Of a DNA stretch of 64,000 bases, positions 26,191-39,489 are shown piece after piece. The DNA lies in NCBI GenBank assembly GCA_963514005.1, contig OY740821.1, positions 15,128,001-15,192,000 on the forward strand, written 5' to 3'. Position numbers and translations under genes: made by a program. A model generated the notes under the pieces. That model ran no database searches, was not told the DNA's origin, and was given only the letters and a program-made list of their open reading frames with translations. The stretch's first letter is position 1; every line of letters starts with the position of its first letter. This stretch comes from Raja brachyura. Taxonomy: Eukaryota.

Positions 26191-28009
26191 TTATTCCCCC
26201 AAGATTACTTTGCTCCTTCTGCAGCAAACATTTAACACATTCTTATTTCCTCCTTTACTTTTCTCTTTCTGTACAAGCTATTTAATATTTATGGAACTGC
26301 TGGAATTCAAGCTGGATCTAACCAAGTTGGGGAGGAAAGAAAATTCCTTTGGTTGTTGCTTACGAACTGCGAGGCACCAGTTGTATCTCGGTATTTTTTT
26401 CCTGCTCAGCATGTTAGAATACTTCTGAGGGAATACCCTCTTCACCATGGCCTCTTGTACACCAATATCTGCCTTGAACCGCTGATCTCAGATTACTGGT
26501 TACATAAACCTTCCTCCTGTGATCTTCCTACGCTTGTAACTCGGGAAGGCAGTTTCTTAACTATTTCTCTTAACTGTGAAGAACCAAGAAACAGCAGGAT
26601 TAACTCACTAATGACTAACAGCAGATTAACAATGTTCATAAAACGAACTGACTGTACAGGTTGGTAGATGATGATAATTAGTCCTCTTGCTCGCTTGAAT
26701 AGTTTTATACGAAACTGCTCTAACTTGCAAGACTGAGATATGATTTCCAAAAAAATAATCTCACCAAACGAGATATAGATAAAGCTCCATCACCTCTCCA
26801 GTAAAGACACATCCCTTCTGCACCAAAGTTGCTGGCCAATGTCCTTTCCCCACAGACAAGGAAGATGAGTACAAGGTGATGATGAGGGTTCCCAATGGGC
26901 TCCATCAAGCCTGGTGCAACCATTAGTTGGGAACTACCTCCGCCTCTGAAGTATCAGTTAAAGCATGGGGGTGGGAGATTGCAACCTTCACGTGGTCCAC
27001 CCTGTTTCGACTAATGCAATCAGCCTGGCGTGCACAAACAAGATCAAACAGAACAAGTTGTCTTACAACTTTAGGCTGTGCACGCCACACGCAAGAAGGA
27101 GAAGAAGTTAATGCATGAATGATAATCCTGTAACTTTGATGAAAGTGCATGGCACATTCTGCCTAAAAGGTGGTGATTAAATCCAGAAACACTGAGGATG
27201 CAACTGTTGAGGGCTTTCTCGTTGGCCTCCGCAGCCATGGTTGTAGAGAGTTGACTTGTTGTTCTACAAACCATCCACCTAATATCTCCTTTTCAGGCAC
27301 CAGGAGAGGTTGCACAAGGTGTCAGGCCACGTGTGGGGGTGACACTACTGAGCTGAGATGCTCCTGAGCTGTAATAATTGGTAAATCTACCTATAGAGAA
27401 GTAAGATAGACTTAATATAGAAGTAAGATAGACCAAGATGTAATGTGTCCCTGTTTGCAAGTTCACTGCCAGCCAATAAAAGCTTTGAAGTCTGCATCCA
27501 ACAGGAAAATTGATCGCCCCCAATGCAAGCAGTCAGTCCAATTTGGCAACATTGGCTTTGTATTATTGCGTCAAAATATCAAGTTGCAGTGTTGGTGAGA
27601 GAATGCTGCTCGGCACTTCTCTCAGTTTTGCCAATATGCTGCGAATCTCAACTGAAGGCACCGCTGGCTCCAAGCAACTATGCAATGATTCTGCTCCTAT
27701 GTGAATGGATTGACGCTGCTTGTTTGCTGCAAGTTGCACCAAATGTCCTTTTCAGTCCCAACTGAAGGCAGGCTCAGTAGAAGGTTAGACACAAGAAATT
27801 GCAGATGCTGGAATCTTGCATAGAACACTAAGTGCTGGAGTAACTCAGTTGCTCAGACATGTCTAGGCAACCTTTTGGAGTGGGACCTTTCTTCAGCCTC
27901 CAAAGATGCTGCCTGACCTGCCGAGTTACTCCACCACTTTGTGTTCTCAGTAGAAGGTTAGCTGGGAAATGCCTCATCATGATGTACAGGCAGGCAACCT
28001 CTTACTCCT

Positions 28010-31000
28010 TCCTTTCCTGCCTCGTGTATCCTGAAATTACTGCTTTAGATTTCCCTCTCCACCGAGACTGCCTAACTTGCTGAATATTTCCATCAATATG
28101 TTTGTTTTTGCTTCACATTTTCAGCATCAGTTTTTCCTTTCTGATGTTACAATGGAAATTACTGCTTCTGACAATTTATGGGGTACAGACAAGAAATGGG
28201 TAATGATATCTCCTGGGAATATAAAATGCAAATGACTGCTTATATTTCATGTTCTTAAAGCTGGAAAATAGTGTTCAGATATTATGGAATGTAGACTGAA
28301 AATTACTTTGTTTTTCTGGATGTGCATGGGAAATCAATGCATCTGATAGTTAACGGACTATAATGTGGAAATTAATCTGGTTGATATTTTATAGATGATT
28401 ACCATGAAATTATTGCTTCAGATTCTTTATGAAGCAGACCTGATATTTTATGAATTAGTAACTAGGAATAATTGCTTCTGATACTTTATGGGCTTTAAAA
28501 GGAAAATAAATGCGTCTGAATTTTGTTTGGAATTTTCTGTTTATGATATTTTCTGGACTAAGGAGAAGAAAATACTGCTGCTATATTGTAGAGCAGAAAG
28601 AGGAAATTGCTCCTTCCTACATTGCATATACTGCAGTCTGGAAATGACTACTTCAAATGGTTTTGTACTATTGGCTGGTAGCTTAGGGATCAAAAGTTGG
28701 AAATTACACCTTGTATGTTCATGGTGAATCGACTTCCAATAAATGATTTACTTTAGAATGGAAATATTTCATGGACTAACAACAAGAATTTACCGCTTCT
28801 GATCGAGGAAAGTTGTCCTTTGATTATTTTAGAGATGAGATATGTGAATTTATCGATGACACATTCTTTGTGCAAAATAAAATGCTGATATTTAATAGAC
28901 CAGAAACTCTTCATTCTGATATTTTATGGCAGATACTGTTGATTCTGTTATGTTCTAGATTTTAAAGAGGAAATTTACGATGCGAATCGAAGCACAAAAT
29001 TAATGCCATTTACAGTTTAAAGACTAAAAACAGGACATTAATGCCTGATATTTTATGGACTAAAGCCTTAAAATTATTGCTTTTGGTATTTCCTGGCCTG
29101 CTGCCTGGAAATAGCTGCTTCTGAGGTGTGCAGACTGTATCCAGCAGATTACTGATTCACCATCCATACACTATAGACTGGACATTCCTGCTACTGATCA
29201 TTTATGGAGTAACAATTAGAAACTGCTGCTTCTGATATTTTATGGACTCAAAACTAGAAACGATGGCTTCTGACACTTAATGGATGTTAAATGGGAAATA
29301 ACTGCCTCTGATTTTTTTTTGGACTCTAAAGAAATATTGCTTCTGATATTTTATAGACTAAATTATTTAGTTGTAAAAAAAGACATCTGATCATTTATAA
29401 AGAATGGAAATTGAAGCTGCTGTTTTTTTTAAGTTAATGGATTAATTGGAAATGGCTGCTTTTAATATTTTATGGATTCATTGCATTAAATGACAAGAGA
29501 TTAGAATTTGCTGTGTCTGACATTTCATGGAGTAAACATTGGAAATCTTCCCTCCTGATACTTTATGGACTAAAGATAAGAAATTAATGTACCTGATATT
29601 TTATGGAGTAGAGATTGGAAATTGGCTCTTGTAATAAACAGAGTAAAAAATGTTGAAATACTTTGTGAAATGTTTATGACCAACAATTGGAATATTCTGT
29701 TCTTTCATTGACTAAAAATTGAAAATTGGCGCACCTGACATTTTTTTAAACTAGGCAATGGAACTGACTGCTGCTGATATTATATGGACTGCTGTGTGGA
29801 ATTTGCTGCTTCTGATGCCAAATGGATAATAAGAAGGAATTTGCCCCTTCGGATACTGCAGAGGTTACTGCTTCTGATCTAAGCTTTAACCAGAAATTTC
29901 TGTTCTTAATATGTTATTGACTATAGACTAGTGGAGACTGCTGATGTTTTATGGGCTGAATCACAAGTTCCTGCTGCTCATATTTTATGGATCCCTGACT
30001 GTAAATAACTGCATCTGACATTTTGTGGATGATAGACCGGAATTAACTGCTCCCGGTACGTCCTGGATAATTGACTGCAGTTTACTGTCTCTGATATTTT
30101 ATGCTTCACAGAGAGAACATTACTTCAACTTGTGTTTTACCGACCACAGGACAGAAATTGATGCTTGTAGCATTTCCTGGACAATGCATGGAATGTACTG
30201 CATCCAGCAATTCACAGACAATGGGTGGGAAATAGTTTCTGATGCTATACAGACTATAGATTACCCATTATGTGGTACAGATTGGATGAAACATTGAAAT
30301 ATTTTACCAACTCTCTACTGAAAATAATTGCTTCTGATCATTTATTGATCACAGACCAGAAATGACTGCTGTTAACACTGGATGGATGTTGAATTAGTAC
30401 ACAGGTGCTTCTGATATTGTGTGGACTGTTACTTGGAATTCCAAACTTCAATCCTAGGAATACCCTAAATGTGGAAATGTTTGTATTTTGTGGACTGTCA
30501 TTTGGAAATTGATACTTCAGACATTTCATGGACTATTATTGGACTTACTGTTTCAGGTCTTTTATGAACTTTGGGTTGGGCATTGCTGCTTTTCATACTG
30601 AATGGAAAATTGCTGTTTCTGATATTACACAGAATGCACTCTGTTAATAATTGTTTTTTATATGTTATGTACTGCATACTGGACATTATTTGTTCTGATA
30701 TTTTACTAACTATAGAGTAGAAATTCCAACTTCTGGTGTTCTATCTAGGGATCGTACTTTATCAATTATTTCATGGATTCATGGACAAGAAATCACATCT
30801 TCAATTCTATCATGTTCTACAGAATGAACGTTAAAGACAATTAAATAGTTGATTGTAGATTGGAAATACTACCTCTGATAGCAGAAAGGTTTCTAAAATA
30901 TACTCTGGAAATTACTACTGATTTTTAATGGATGAGAAGCAGGAAATAACTCCTCCTGAAATGTTATGGGCTATAAACTGAAATTCTTGCTTCTGATATT

Positions 31001-32345
31001 TTATAGATGAACGACTCCAAGAAATTACTGGTGTGATATTTTATCAGCTATCGACTGGAAGTTACTGCTTTTGATATTATGTGCTACAGCCTGAACATGC
31101 TGTTTTTGTCAGGTACTTTTAAGGAAAATACTATATTGGATTTTTTTTATGTGCAGAGTAGAAACAGCTTGGGATATTTTATGGACTTTAGATTACAAAT
31201 AACTGCCTGAGATGTTATGGATTACAGACTGTCAATTACTGCTTCAAATGTTTTCTGCACTTGATAAAATATTCTGTTTCTGTTATTTCAGAAAATGTTA
31301 GGCTCCTGAAATGTACTGATCTGATACCTGATGGGCTAATGGCTTGCATATAATTTATTTTTAATGTGCAACAATGAGGTACGTGAGATATATCATGGGG
31401 TTTACACTGGAAACTCCTGCTTGTAATATTTTATGGGCAATCGGCAGAAAACAAATTGCTTGTTTTAATTTGGGTCAACAATGTGGACATTGTTACTTCT
31501 GATATTTTATTTGCAATAATCTGCAAATTACAAATTCTAATAGGCCATTAATTGGATGTTACTGCTCTTGATATTTTCTATATTATTGGCTAGAATTTAC
31601 TGCATGTAAGGTACCTCAAACAGAAACGTACCACAAGGTATTTGATGTAACCCAGATTAGCAATTACATCTGTTATTTTATGGACTATAAGCAAGAAATT
31701 ACCACTTCTTATGCAAAAAGACCTGTAGTTGCCGGAAATGTTCGGATTCCTGCTGCTGCTGACTAAAAATTATCCTGCTGATATTTAAAATGGAAATGGT
31801 TGGTTCTGATTTTTGCATGTTGTAATCTAGTGTGAACTACTTTGTGGACAAATGGCAGGAAATCACAGGCTCTGACAATGGATGGACTATAAGCAGCATC
31901 TGGCTGTTCCTGATATTTTAGTGACTATGAAAATGAATCCTAAGATAGACACAAAAAGCAGGAGTAACTCAGCGGGACAGGCAGCATCTCTGGACAGAAG
32001 GAATGGGTGGCGTTTCAGGTTGAGACCCTCCTTCAGCTTCAAATCAATCTTTCTTGGTCTAATAAGGGAAATTACTCCTTCGGATGTATTTACAGGAATC
32101 TGCAAGTTACATAGAAACATAGAAAATAGGTGCAGGAGTAGGCCATTCGTCCCTTCGAGCCTGCACCACCATTCAATATGATCATGGCTGATCATCCATC
32201 TCAGTATCCTGTTCCTGCCTTCTCTCCATACCCTCTGATCCCTTTAGCCACAAGGGCCACATATATAGCCAACAAACTGGTTTCTGCTTTTTATTTTATT
32301 TTACAGGATGGGAACTGGAAATTACCACTTTTGATATTTTAAAAC
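28010..32345. repeat. Degenerate ~38-bp tandem array (GDF11 intron 1)
   Basis: Approximate consensus GGAAATTACTGCTTCTGATATTTTATGGACTATAGACT. CTGA anchors at 29232, 29270, 29308, 29343. Interrupted by insertions at about 31940-32040 and 32110-32270. Confidence 0.9.
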
Positions 32346-33160
32346 ACTCCTGATAGTTTGTGAATAATTGTCATTGTTATGATCTAGAAATTAGTGGCTC
32401 AATTTTTGTGAAATAACTTCAGGAGCAATTAGATTACTGTTGCATCTTTCAACCACAAGTTGTATTTTAAAGTACTAGGTATAAATAATAATTTAAATGG
32501 GTGATACAATTACATAGGCTAGAAATAGTGATATCAATAGATTAATTCGTTGTCAATCTTCATTTAATGTGGGGCTGAGGCATTAAGATGATTAAATTTG
32601 TTTTTTTTTAAAGATAGTAATATTCAGATGTGGCTTTTAGAACAGGCATCAATGATGACGATATCAGTTCATTATTCTTCTTATTTGTTTTTCAATGTTG
32701 AACTCCAGCCGACACCTTATTTGATGTTGCTTCTTTAAGTTACCGTTTCTGATTTAACTCCATGCACTGTAGCCCAGAGATTATCGCTAGTTTTACTGTC
32801 AATTTGGAAAAGGTGGAATATTACAACTGCCTGGAGACTGGCTGCGTGGTTGTTCACATGAGATCGCCATCAGGTTAAAGTGGTGTTTTGAGGTAGATTC
32901 CCGTGGAAACAGGTAAGGGGTTGGTCCCAAAATCGCCCCGTCGGTGTTACAAAGTGTAGCGCAGTTTGAGCCAACCAGGTGGTTGATGTCACCTGCGAAG
33001 AGACATATCCGACTTTCGACATAACGGCAGACGCAGTTAAAGGCGACCATTTATTGCATGAGGCTTAACCGACCCCACCCCCTCCGCCAGGGTGACATTG
33101 CCCCTTTGAGCCGTCAACATATTTTCGCCCAGAGTTTGAAGATGGGACAGGGGTACTCAC

Positions 33161-33557
33161 GTTCGGCGGCCATGGTAATGACAGTTTCAGTCGTGGCGTG
33201 ATACTCGTCATCTTCCAGAGCTGGCTCTTTGGCTGAGCAGTCATCTCCCTGGATGTCATAGCGGTCGAGTAGTTGCTGCAAGGGGGGAGCTTTCGGCAGG
33301 AGCTGATTGACAATGTCTCGGCTGATGTTGGGGGCTTGCTTGAGACGCAGCTTGCTCAGGATCTGGGACTTAATGGATTCCAACCTCAGTGCTTTGCTGT
33401 GCTCCCTCCATAAACAAGCGGAGCATTCTTGGCTCCCAGGTTCCGCATGGTCTGAGGCGCTCTCTTCTGCCCCCAAATCCTTCTCCAAGGCTGGCTCGTC
33501 GCTGCCTGTCAATCCTAGAGAGATCAGGAGGCAAAGCAAAACGTGTGGTCTGTGCAT
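33161..33557 (-). CDS. GDF11: GDF11 coding exon 1 (signal peptide + N-terminal prodomain)
   Basis: ATG at 33557 (cagaccATG). Encodes [19 protein letters not shown]...[61 protein letters not shown]...[13 protein letters not shown]. Ends GAAC|gtgagt; 397 nt, phase 1. Confidence 0.93.
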
Positions 33558-33568
33558 GGTCTGCTGGC

Positions 33569-33609
33569 GTGTGTGTGTGTTTATGTGTGTGTGTGTGTGT
33601 GCGTGCGCG
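33569..33609. repeat. (GT)n/(CA)n microsatellite in GDF11 5' UTR
   Basis: gtgtgtgtgtgtttatgtgtgtgtgtgtgtgtgcgtgcgcg lies about 12 nt upstream of the ATG. Confidence 0.9.
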
Positions 33610-33721
33610 CCCGCTTGAGAATGGAGAGACGCGCTGGATCCCAGATTGCAGCCGGCAGTGTAGAGAGGGCAGAGGGTGAGACACACGCTGGTGTATGATA
33701 ACTGATCAACTGGGTCGCCCC

Positions 33722-33805
33722 TTTTTATATTATAACTTTGACCAGAACTATTGCGTCGTAAAAATCTGGGATTGGCTGAACAGCCAAAGGGGTTTTTGGC
33801 TGTCA
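33722..33805 (-). promoter_or_regulatory. GDF11 core promoter (TGACAG, CCAAT, TATA)
   Basis: On the minus strand: TGACAG at 33805-33800, AGCCAATC around 33777-33770 and TATAAAAA at 33729-33722, about 165 nt upstream of the ATG. No upstream ATG in the presumed 5' UTR. Confidence 0.75.
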
Positions 33806-34110
33806 GGAGAAGAGATAAAAAAAATTAAGATATTGCCTTGTGTCAATTCTAGTTATTATTTGCACGTTTCCCCTCCCTCTATCTAGACCTGCTCTCGGGA
33901 TACCATTCCCTGTATTTCATTCTTTCCCTCTTCCATTTGCCGGACACAATTTGGACTATTCTATTCATTTAGTCACAGACTACAGTTTCTATTTACCAAA
34001 CGTGTTTAAATTGACAAACTATTTGATCCCTCAGTTTAACATTGTTATATAGAAATCACCGGCTGTGCTTTCGTGTTTAATTTTCATAATTTATTCCAGA
34101 TCTGTTTCCC

Positions 34111-34112
<2 letters not shown>

Positions 34113-34147
<35 letters not shown>
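34113..34147. repeat. (TG)n microsatellite
   Basis: Pure TG run. Confidence 0.95.
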
Positions 34148-34148
<1 letters not shown>

Positions 34149-36489
34149 GTTTTTTTAATTTTGTTTTTGCGTCGCTTTTAACCCAACCAGGATTGACGAC
34201 CATCGTGCGCCTGTGAAACTGACCCGCAATTAACATCATTGAAGTTTATTGCTACTTGCACCAGGCGCTCGGCACTCTTGGACTGTTGTCTGAATGTGTT
34301 TTATTTACATGTTTTAGCGGGGCGTTCTTGTGAAATAATCTATTGGTGGTGGAAAGAGGGATGAAGCAAAGTGCGGTTTTAGTTCGCTTCCTGGAAGCCG
34401 GGAAGGAAGTCTTTAAATAATATCAGCGTTTTTGTTTCTTGTTTAGGTTCCGTTTATTGTTATTTCAAAACCTTTGTTTGTAAACCGTATCCAAGCATCA
34501 ATCTACTATTTCATTAATTTATGCATGCATTGTAATACATTATAAACAGGGCGGGAAGGAAATTCAAGTAATAATTAACTAAATCTGGTGTAAAAAAAAT
34601 GTATTGGTAATGATGAACCTGAAACTACCGGATTGTTGTCAAATAAAACATGTTTCACTGATGTCCTTCTATGTGACTCCCGGCCTGCCGCTGTGCTTAA
34701 CTCTTAACCGCCTCCTCAGCTCAAAGCCAATTAGGATTGATCCACAAATATTGGCACTGGATAAATCCATATTTTTTTAAATGGTCGTTAGGTTGCACTT
34801 GATGCCGTTTTTTCACCGAACCCATTTGAAACGATTTCTGCGCCAGTTACTGGTCAATTTGGCCGACTGATGAGCGGAAATTGTGACGGTTCTTACTCAT
34901 TTTAACGAAAAGAATCAATAGCGAGAGGGCAAAAAAAGTGACGGTATCCATAAACTAGAATAAAATAAAAGGCTAATAATGAATGCACCAGACCCCAGGG
35001 CCATTGCAATCTGCGGCTTCATCGGGCGAAATGACAGATGGACCCTCTGGTTCCTAATGTTACAAATGCAAGGTGTGAAGCCCGTTCCACAATGCGGGGA
35101 TGGGACTTCAATGTGAAAATGGTCACGTTTTCCTAAATTGATAGAAAGGAACATCAATTATTGGCAATCGAAAAGTCAAAGGAAAGAGATTGTTGAGTCC
35201 AGTCTTAAACCAGGCCAGACTGTTGATCATTCGATTTAATTAAAGCGAGGTTTAAAAAAAAATACCAGCTATCTGCATTCTCCGTTTCCATTTAACCTGG
35301 GTTGCAAATGTAACCAGAACTGAAAAGAAAGGGGCTCTGGCTGATTTGCAGGTGCGGTTATAAAATCGCTTCTGGTTGTCGGGGCGAACTGGTGAAAGCC
35401 ATAGATCGGATTTATTAAGTGCCTTCGTTTTTGTGCACAGACCGACGGAAGCAATTTATTGTATGTGAGATGGGGCGAGGGAGCGAAATGAAGAGACATT
35501 TCTGCTCTGATTCGATCAGATCCGCTCTAATATAAAAAAGTCAAAGTCAAACTAATGTAAAAAGTGTTTGCCGACCGTTTGTTTGACATACGACGACATT
35601 GTAGTGGAATGTTTTAGACTGAGCTTTTCCAGCAGCGCTCGGATTTGAGGCAGTTGGATTGTTTCATTATTGCCACGTCTATCAGGTAGAGTGAAGTACA
35701 TTGTTTTAACGTCATTAAAATATAACGTCGAATTCCGCAGAGCATCAGTGAAAAAGAATCTCCGGATTACGGTATCTCAATGCACGGCATTCTGGTTTTA
35801 AACACAATTTGGGGCTAGAGTGACCATTGCCGCCTCCAGTAGTGGGGCTCCGTCATTGAATCACATTATGGCAGTAGATCCAGTGACTGCTCGTCCTACT
35901 GTCTTTCTCCTCGGCAAATACAGAGGAGAAATATTCCTTGCCCATCTCCTGTGGCTCCACACAGAGGTGACCGCTTTGATTCCTGAAAGGCTCCACTCTC
36001 TCTCTCTCGTTACTCTTTTCCCCCCTTATGTATTTGTATTGTATTCAATTTATTGTCATTATCTCATTTTAGAGACAACGAAATGGATTTATAACATCTT
36101 TTGGGATTGTCCTTAATGCTGCCCGCCAGAGCTATCTCCTGGCCCCTTTTGCCCTTCTGATTGCCTTTTTTAGTTTACTCCTTCGTTCCCAAAACTCCTC
36201 CAGGGATGCTCTTGATCCCTGCTGCCTATGCCTGCCTGTACATCCTCTTGTTTTTGACTAATGTCTCAATTTCCTTCGTCAGCCGAGCTGCTTTGTCCTT
36301 CACTCTACCGGAGGAGGGAGACTAGGCAGGTACCATAACAGCATTTAAAAGACATTTGATCAGCTACATGGATATGCAAGGTTTAGAGGGATATGGGCTA
36401 CATGCAGGCAGGTGGGACTAATGTGTGACTCTTCTAAATAAAGGACAGCAACAAGCGAGATTGGAAATGCATCCATAGGATACAAGAGG

Positions 36490-37130
36490 ACCGTTCAAGA
36501 TTCTAATAACAGTAGGAAGAAGCTATCCTTGAATATGGTTGTATTCGCTTTCTTTCAATCCTTGTATCTTCTGCCCAACTGGAGAGAGAAGATGGAATGA
36601 TGCGAGTGGTCTTTGATAATGTTGAGTGCTTTCCCAAGGCAGCATGAAGTGTGGATGGAATCAATGGGAAAAGGGTGTAGGAGTTGGTTTGCACAATAGA
36701 CTGGGCTGCATTCACAACACTGTCATGTCTTGCAGTCTTTGGCAATGCAGTATTGCCATCCCAAGCTGTGATGCATCCCAATAGGATACTTCCTACAGTA
36801 CATCTGTACAAATTGGTCACTGGAGACATGAGACATTTCCTAAACATTCTGAGGAGCTAGAGGCATTGGTGTACTTTCTTGGCCATCTGCCTGAGCCTAT
36901 TACAGCTGTAGGCAAGTTGCAGTGGATCAAGGCTGCCTGGGAAGCTGGAGTTAATGTGCACAGTGCCAAAAAAGTGCAAGGTCCGCAACGATGTAGGTTG
37001 GAAGATTGGGACTACATCCTTAGCGTGTGAGAGGTCCATTCAGTGGACTGGCATCAGTTCCTGAATCTGGTGGTACGTGCTTTCAAGCTGATGTATCTTT
37101 TGCCGAGAGGGGATAAGAGGGAATGATCGC
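36490..37130 (-). mobile_element. Rex1/Babar-type LINE remnant
   Basis: LYRCTVGSILLGCITAWDGN and LDPLQLAY motifs, typical of Rex1/Babar RT. Confidence 0.7.
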
Positions 37131-38176
37131 GGTGTGTGAGTGATCCTTGATTATGTTTTTGTTGTTGGAGGAAAGGGTGAAAGAGAAGGGCAGAAAGTTT
37201 TAAGGAATATGGTTATAGGGCCATGAATGATGTGGAAACAATCCCACCCTGAACTTTCCAAGGATCGTGGGTGAAGGGTTAGTTTTGTTGAGGGGGAAGT
37301 GATGACAGCTGATTTGGAGGGGGCAAAATCTGAGAAATCTGCAGATACTGTGGGTGAAGAAGGGAAGTTGAGTCGTTATCAGGGAAGTCATTCTCTCTTG
37401 TACTTGATCTCTTCCGATCAACTTCAACTCCTCAGAATCCCCCACACCAATCTCATTAAGTGATTTCCCCCCCCCCCTTCCCCCCCTTCATAGTCAGAGA
37501 CCCGAGACCCTCTCCATAAATACTTTTTCAACATTCCCCTCGCCTCTTGTATTTTGTGTTCAATGGTTCTTTGATTGCTGGGACACAGACAGCAGTAACT
37601 GAGTTGTGTCACTCTGTGGATTCAGACTGTGCAGATCCTGCCATCTACTGGCCATTGCTAGTATTTCAGACCAACTATTTTAGATTCTGCAGCAGTAAAG
37701 CAGCATCTCTGGAGAAAGTTGATAGGTGCCCTTTAGGGTCAGGAAGTCTAAAAAAGGGTCCGAACCTGAAATGTCATCCAATCCACGTTCTCCGGAGATA
37801 CTGCCTGACCTACTGAGTGACTCCAGCACTTTGTCATTTTTTTGTAAACCAGCATCTGCAGTCCCTTGTTTATAACCTTGGGTCTGGAGGATTTGTTACT
37901 GCTGGATGTACATGGAACAGTACAGCACAGAAACAGGCCCTTTGGCCCATGATGTCTGTGCTGGCTACAATGCTAATTTAAACTGCACATTTGCTTGCAC
38001 ACGATCCATAGCCTTACAATCCTTGTCTGTTCATGTGAATGCCTAAATACCTCTTAAACATTGCTATCGTATCTGTGTTAAAGAAGGAACTGCAGATGCT
38101 GGAGAATCGAGGGTTACACAAAAAGCTGGAGAAACTCAGCGGGTGCAGCAGCATCTAAGGAGCGAAGGAGATAGGC

Positions 38177-38204
38177 GACGTTTCGGGTCGAGACCCTTCT
38201 TCAG
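38177..38204 (-). ncRNA. Minimal hammerhead-ribozyme motif, intact core with GUC site
   Basis: Minus strand reads CTGAAGA-A-GGGTC-TC-GACCC-GAAAC-GTC. The element (38076-38220) is flanked by TSD GCTATCGTATCTG (38063-38075, 38221-38233). Confidence 0.65.
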
Positions 38205-39489
38205 ACTCCAGACTTCTTCAGCTATCGTATCTGCTTCCACCACCTCACCAGGCAGTGTGTTCCACCTACTAACTTCTTCAAGCCCCTTTAAAATTTCTGC
38301 TTCTCACCTTAAAACTTAGCCCTTTTAATATTTGACTTTTCCTCTCTGGGGGAAAAAAAAGACCCTGACTCCCATCCGGGCCTCCGTAGCTCTGATGTTT
38401 AGGAGACAGCAGTGATTTCCAGGAAAGCCGTTTCCACTTGGCCTTTCCTCTGGAACATGGTAGTAATATTTCAAGATTTAATATTTTAAGTAATACTTTT
38501 CACCGTCCTTTTTTCCAAGCATTGAATCATTTTAATGCCGGAACCGGCTTACCATCTGGAGTTATTCTGTTTTGATTCTATCGTCAAGAATGCAGAAGTA
38601 GTTCTGGATTACACAGTGACAGGATGAACATTTTATTATGCAATTACTTATTCCAAGTGAGTTTTTAAAAGGCCTTTTGCTGCCTTTCTTCTGTACATAA
38701 CTCTACATAGCTGCAGTGTGCTGGCACTCCAAGCACAGACTGCTTGATCTCCTGCCTCTTGATCCTTGATTCATTCCTGAGTTGCTTTTGGGTGCCTTCT
38801 GCAAAATTACCCTTGCACGGACCTGAGGTCAGGTGCTGCAGTCCATCGAAGCCAAGGCGTCCCCCAACAGCCCCTTCCAAACCCACGACCACCGCTGCGC
38901 AGATGGACCAGGAGCAGGCGGATTACGGGACCGTGTGAGGAAGGATGCACTGGAATAGAGTTAACAGGTAGACCAAGGGGTCAAAGTCATTTATGCATCA
39001 GGACATAGGTGATAGCACCACTGTGCTCACTTATCATGCTCTGGTGACAACATTAAACTATTTGGGCAACAGTAAACCAAGCTTGACAGATTTCTCCTCC
39101 CCCGCCACCCTCTGCCCTCACCACAATCCTGTCCAGTTTTTCTCCCCCCCCCTTGCTTCTCCCCCCCCCCCCCCCCACCCCCACTACAATCAGTTTGAGG
39201 AAGGGTCCCAACCTTGAAACGTCACCTATCCACATTCACCAGAGATGCTGCCAGACCCGCTAAGTTACTCCAGCACTTTGTCTCCTCTTGTGCGAACCAG
39301 CGTCTGCAGTTACTTGGGATGATATAGATTTCCAAATATGTATTCAGGAAATCAGGAGCTATGGGGACAGTGCAGGAAATTGGAGCTGAAATGAGATCAG
39401 CCACGATCTGGACGAATGGTTGAGCAGGCTAGAAGTGTTGCATGGTTCCTTCCTGCTACTTTATTTTATTTTCAATGTAAATGTGCACA

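Noticed and set aside
28010-32345. CRISPR-like appearance of the intronic arrays (core + variable linker)
   Set aside because: Vertebrate intron, no cas genes, repeats highly degenerate, and linkers are short and related to each other; these are decayed minisatellites.
16099-33557. Calling the TGF-beta gene myostatin (MSTN)
   Set aside because: The majority of diagnostic mature residues and the prodomain match GDF11, and the ORMDL2-DNAJC14 linkage is the GDF11 locus.
33558-33686. N-terminal extension of GDF11 suggested by the ORF track (MCLTL...HTHTH)
   Set aside because: It starts at a non-ATG codon and reads through a CA microsatellite; the ATG at 33557 directly precedes a signal peptide.
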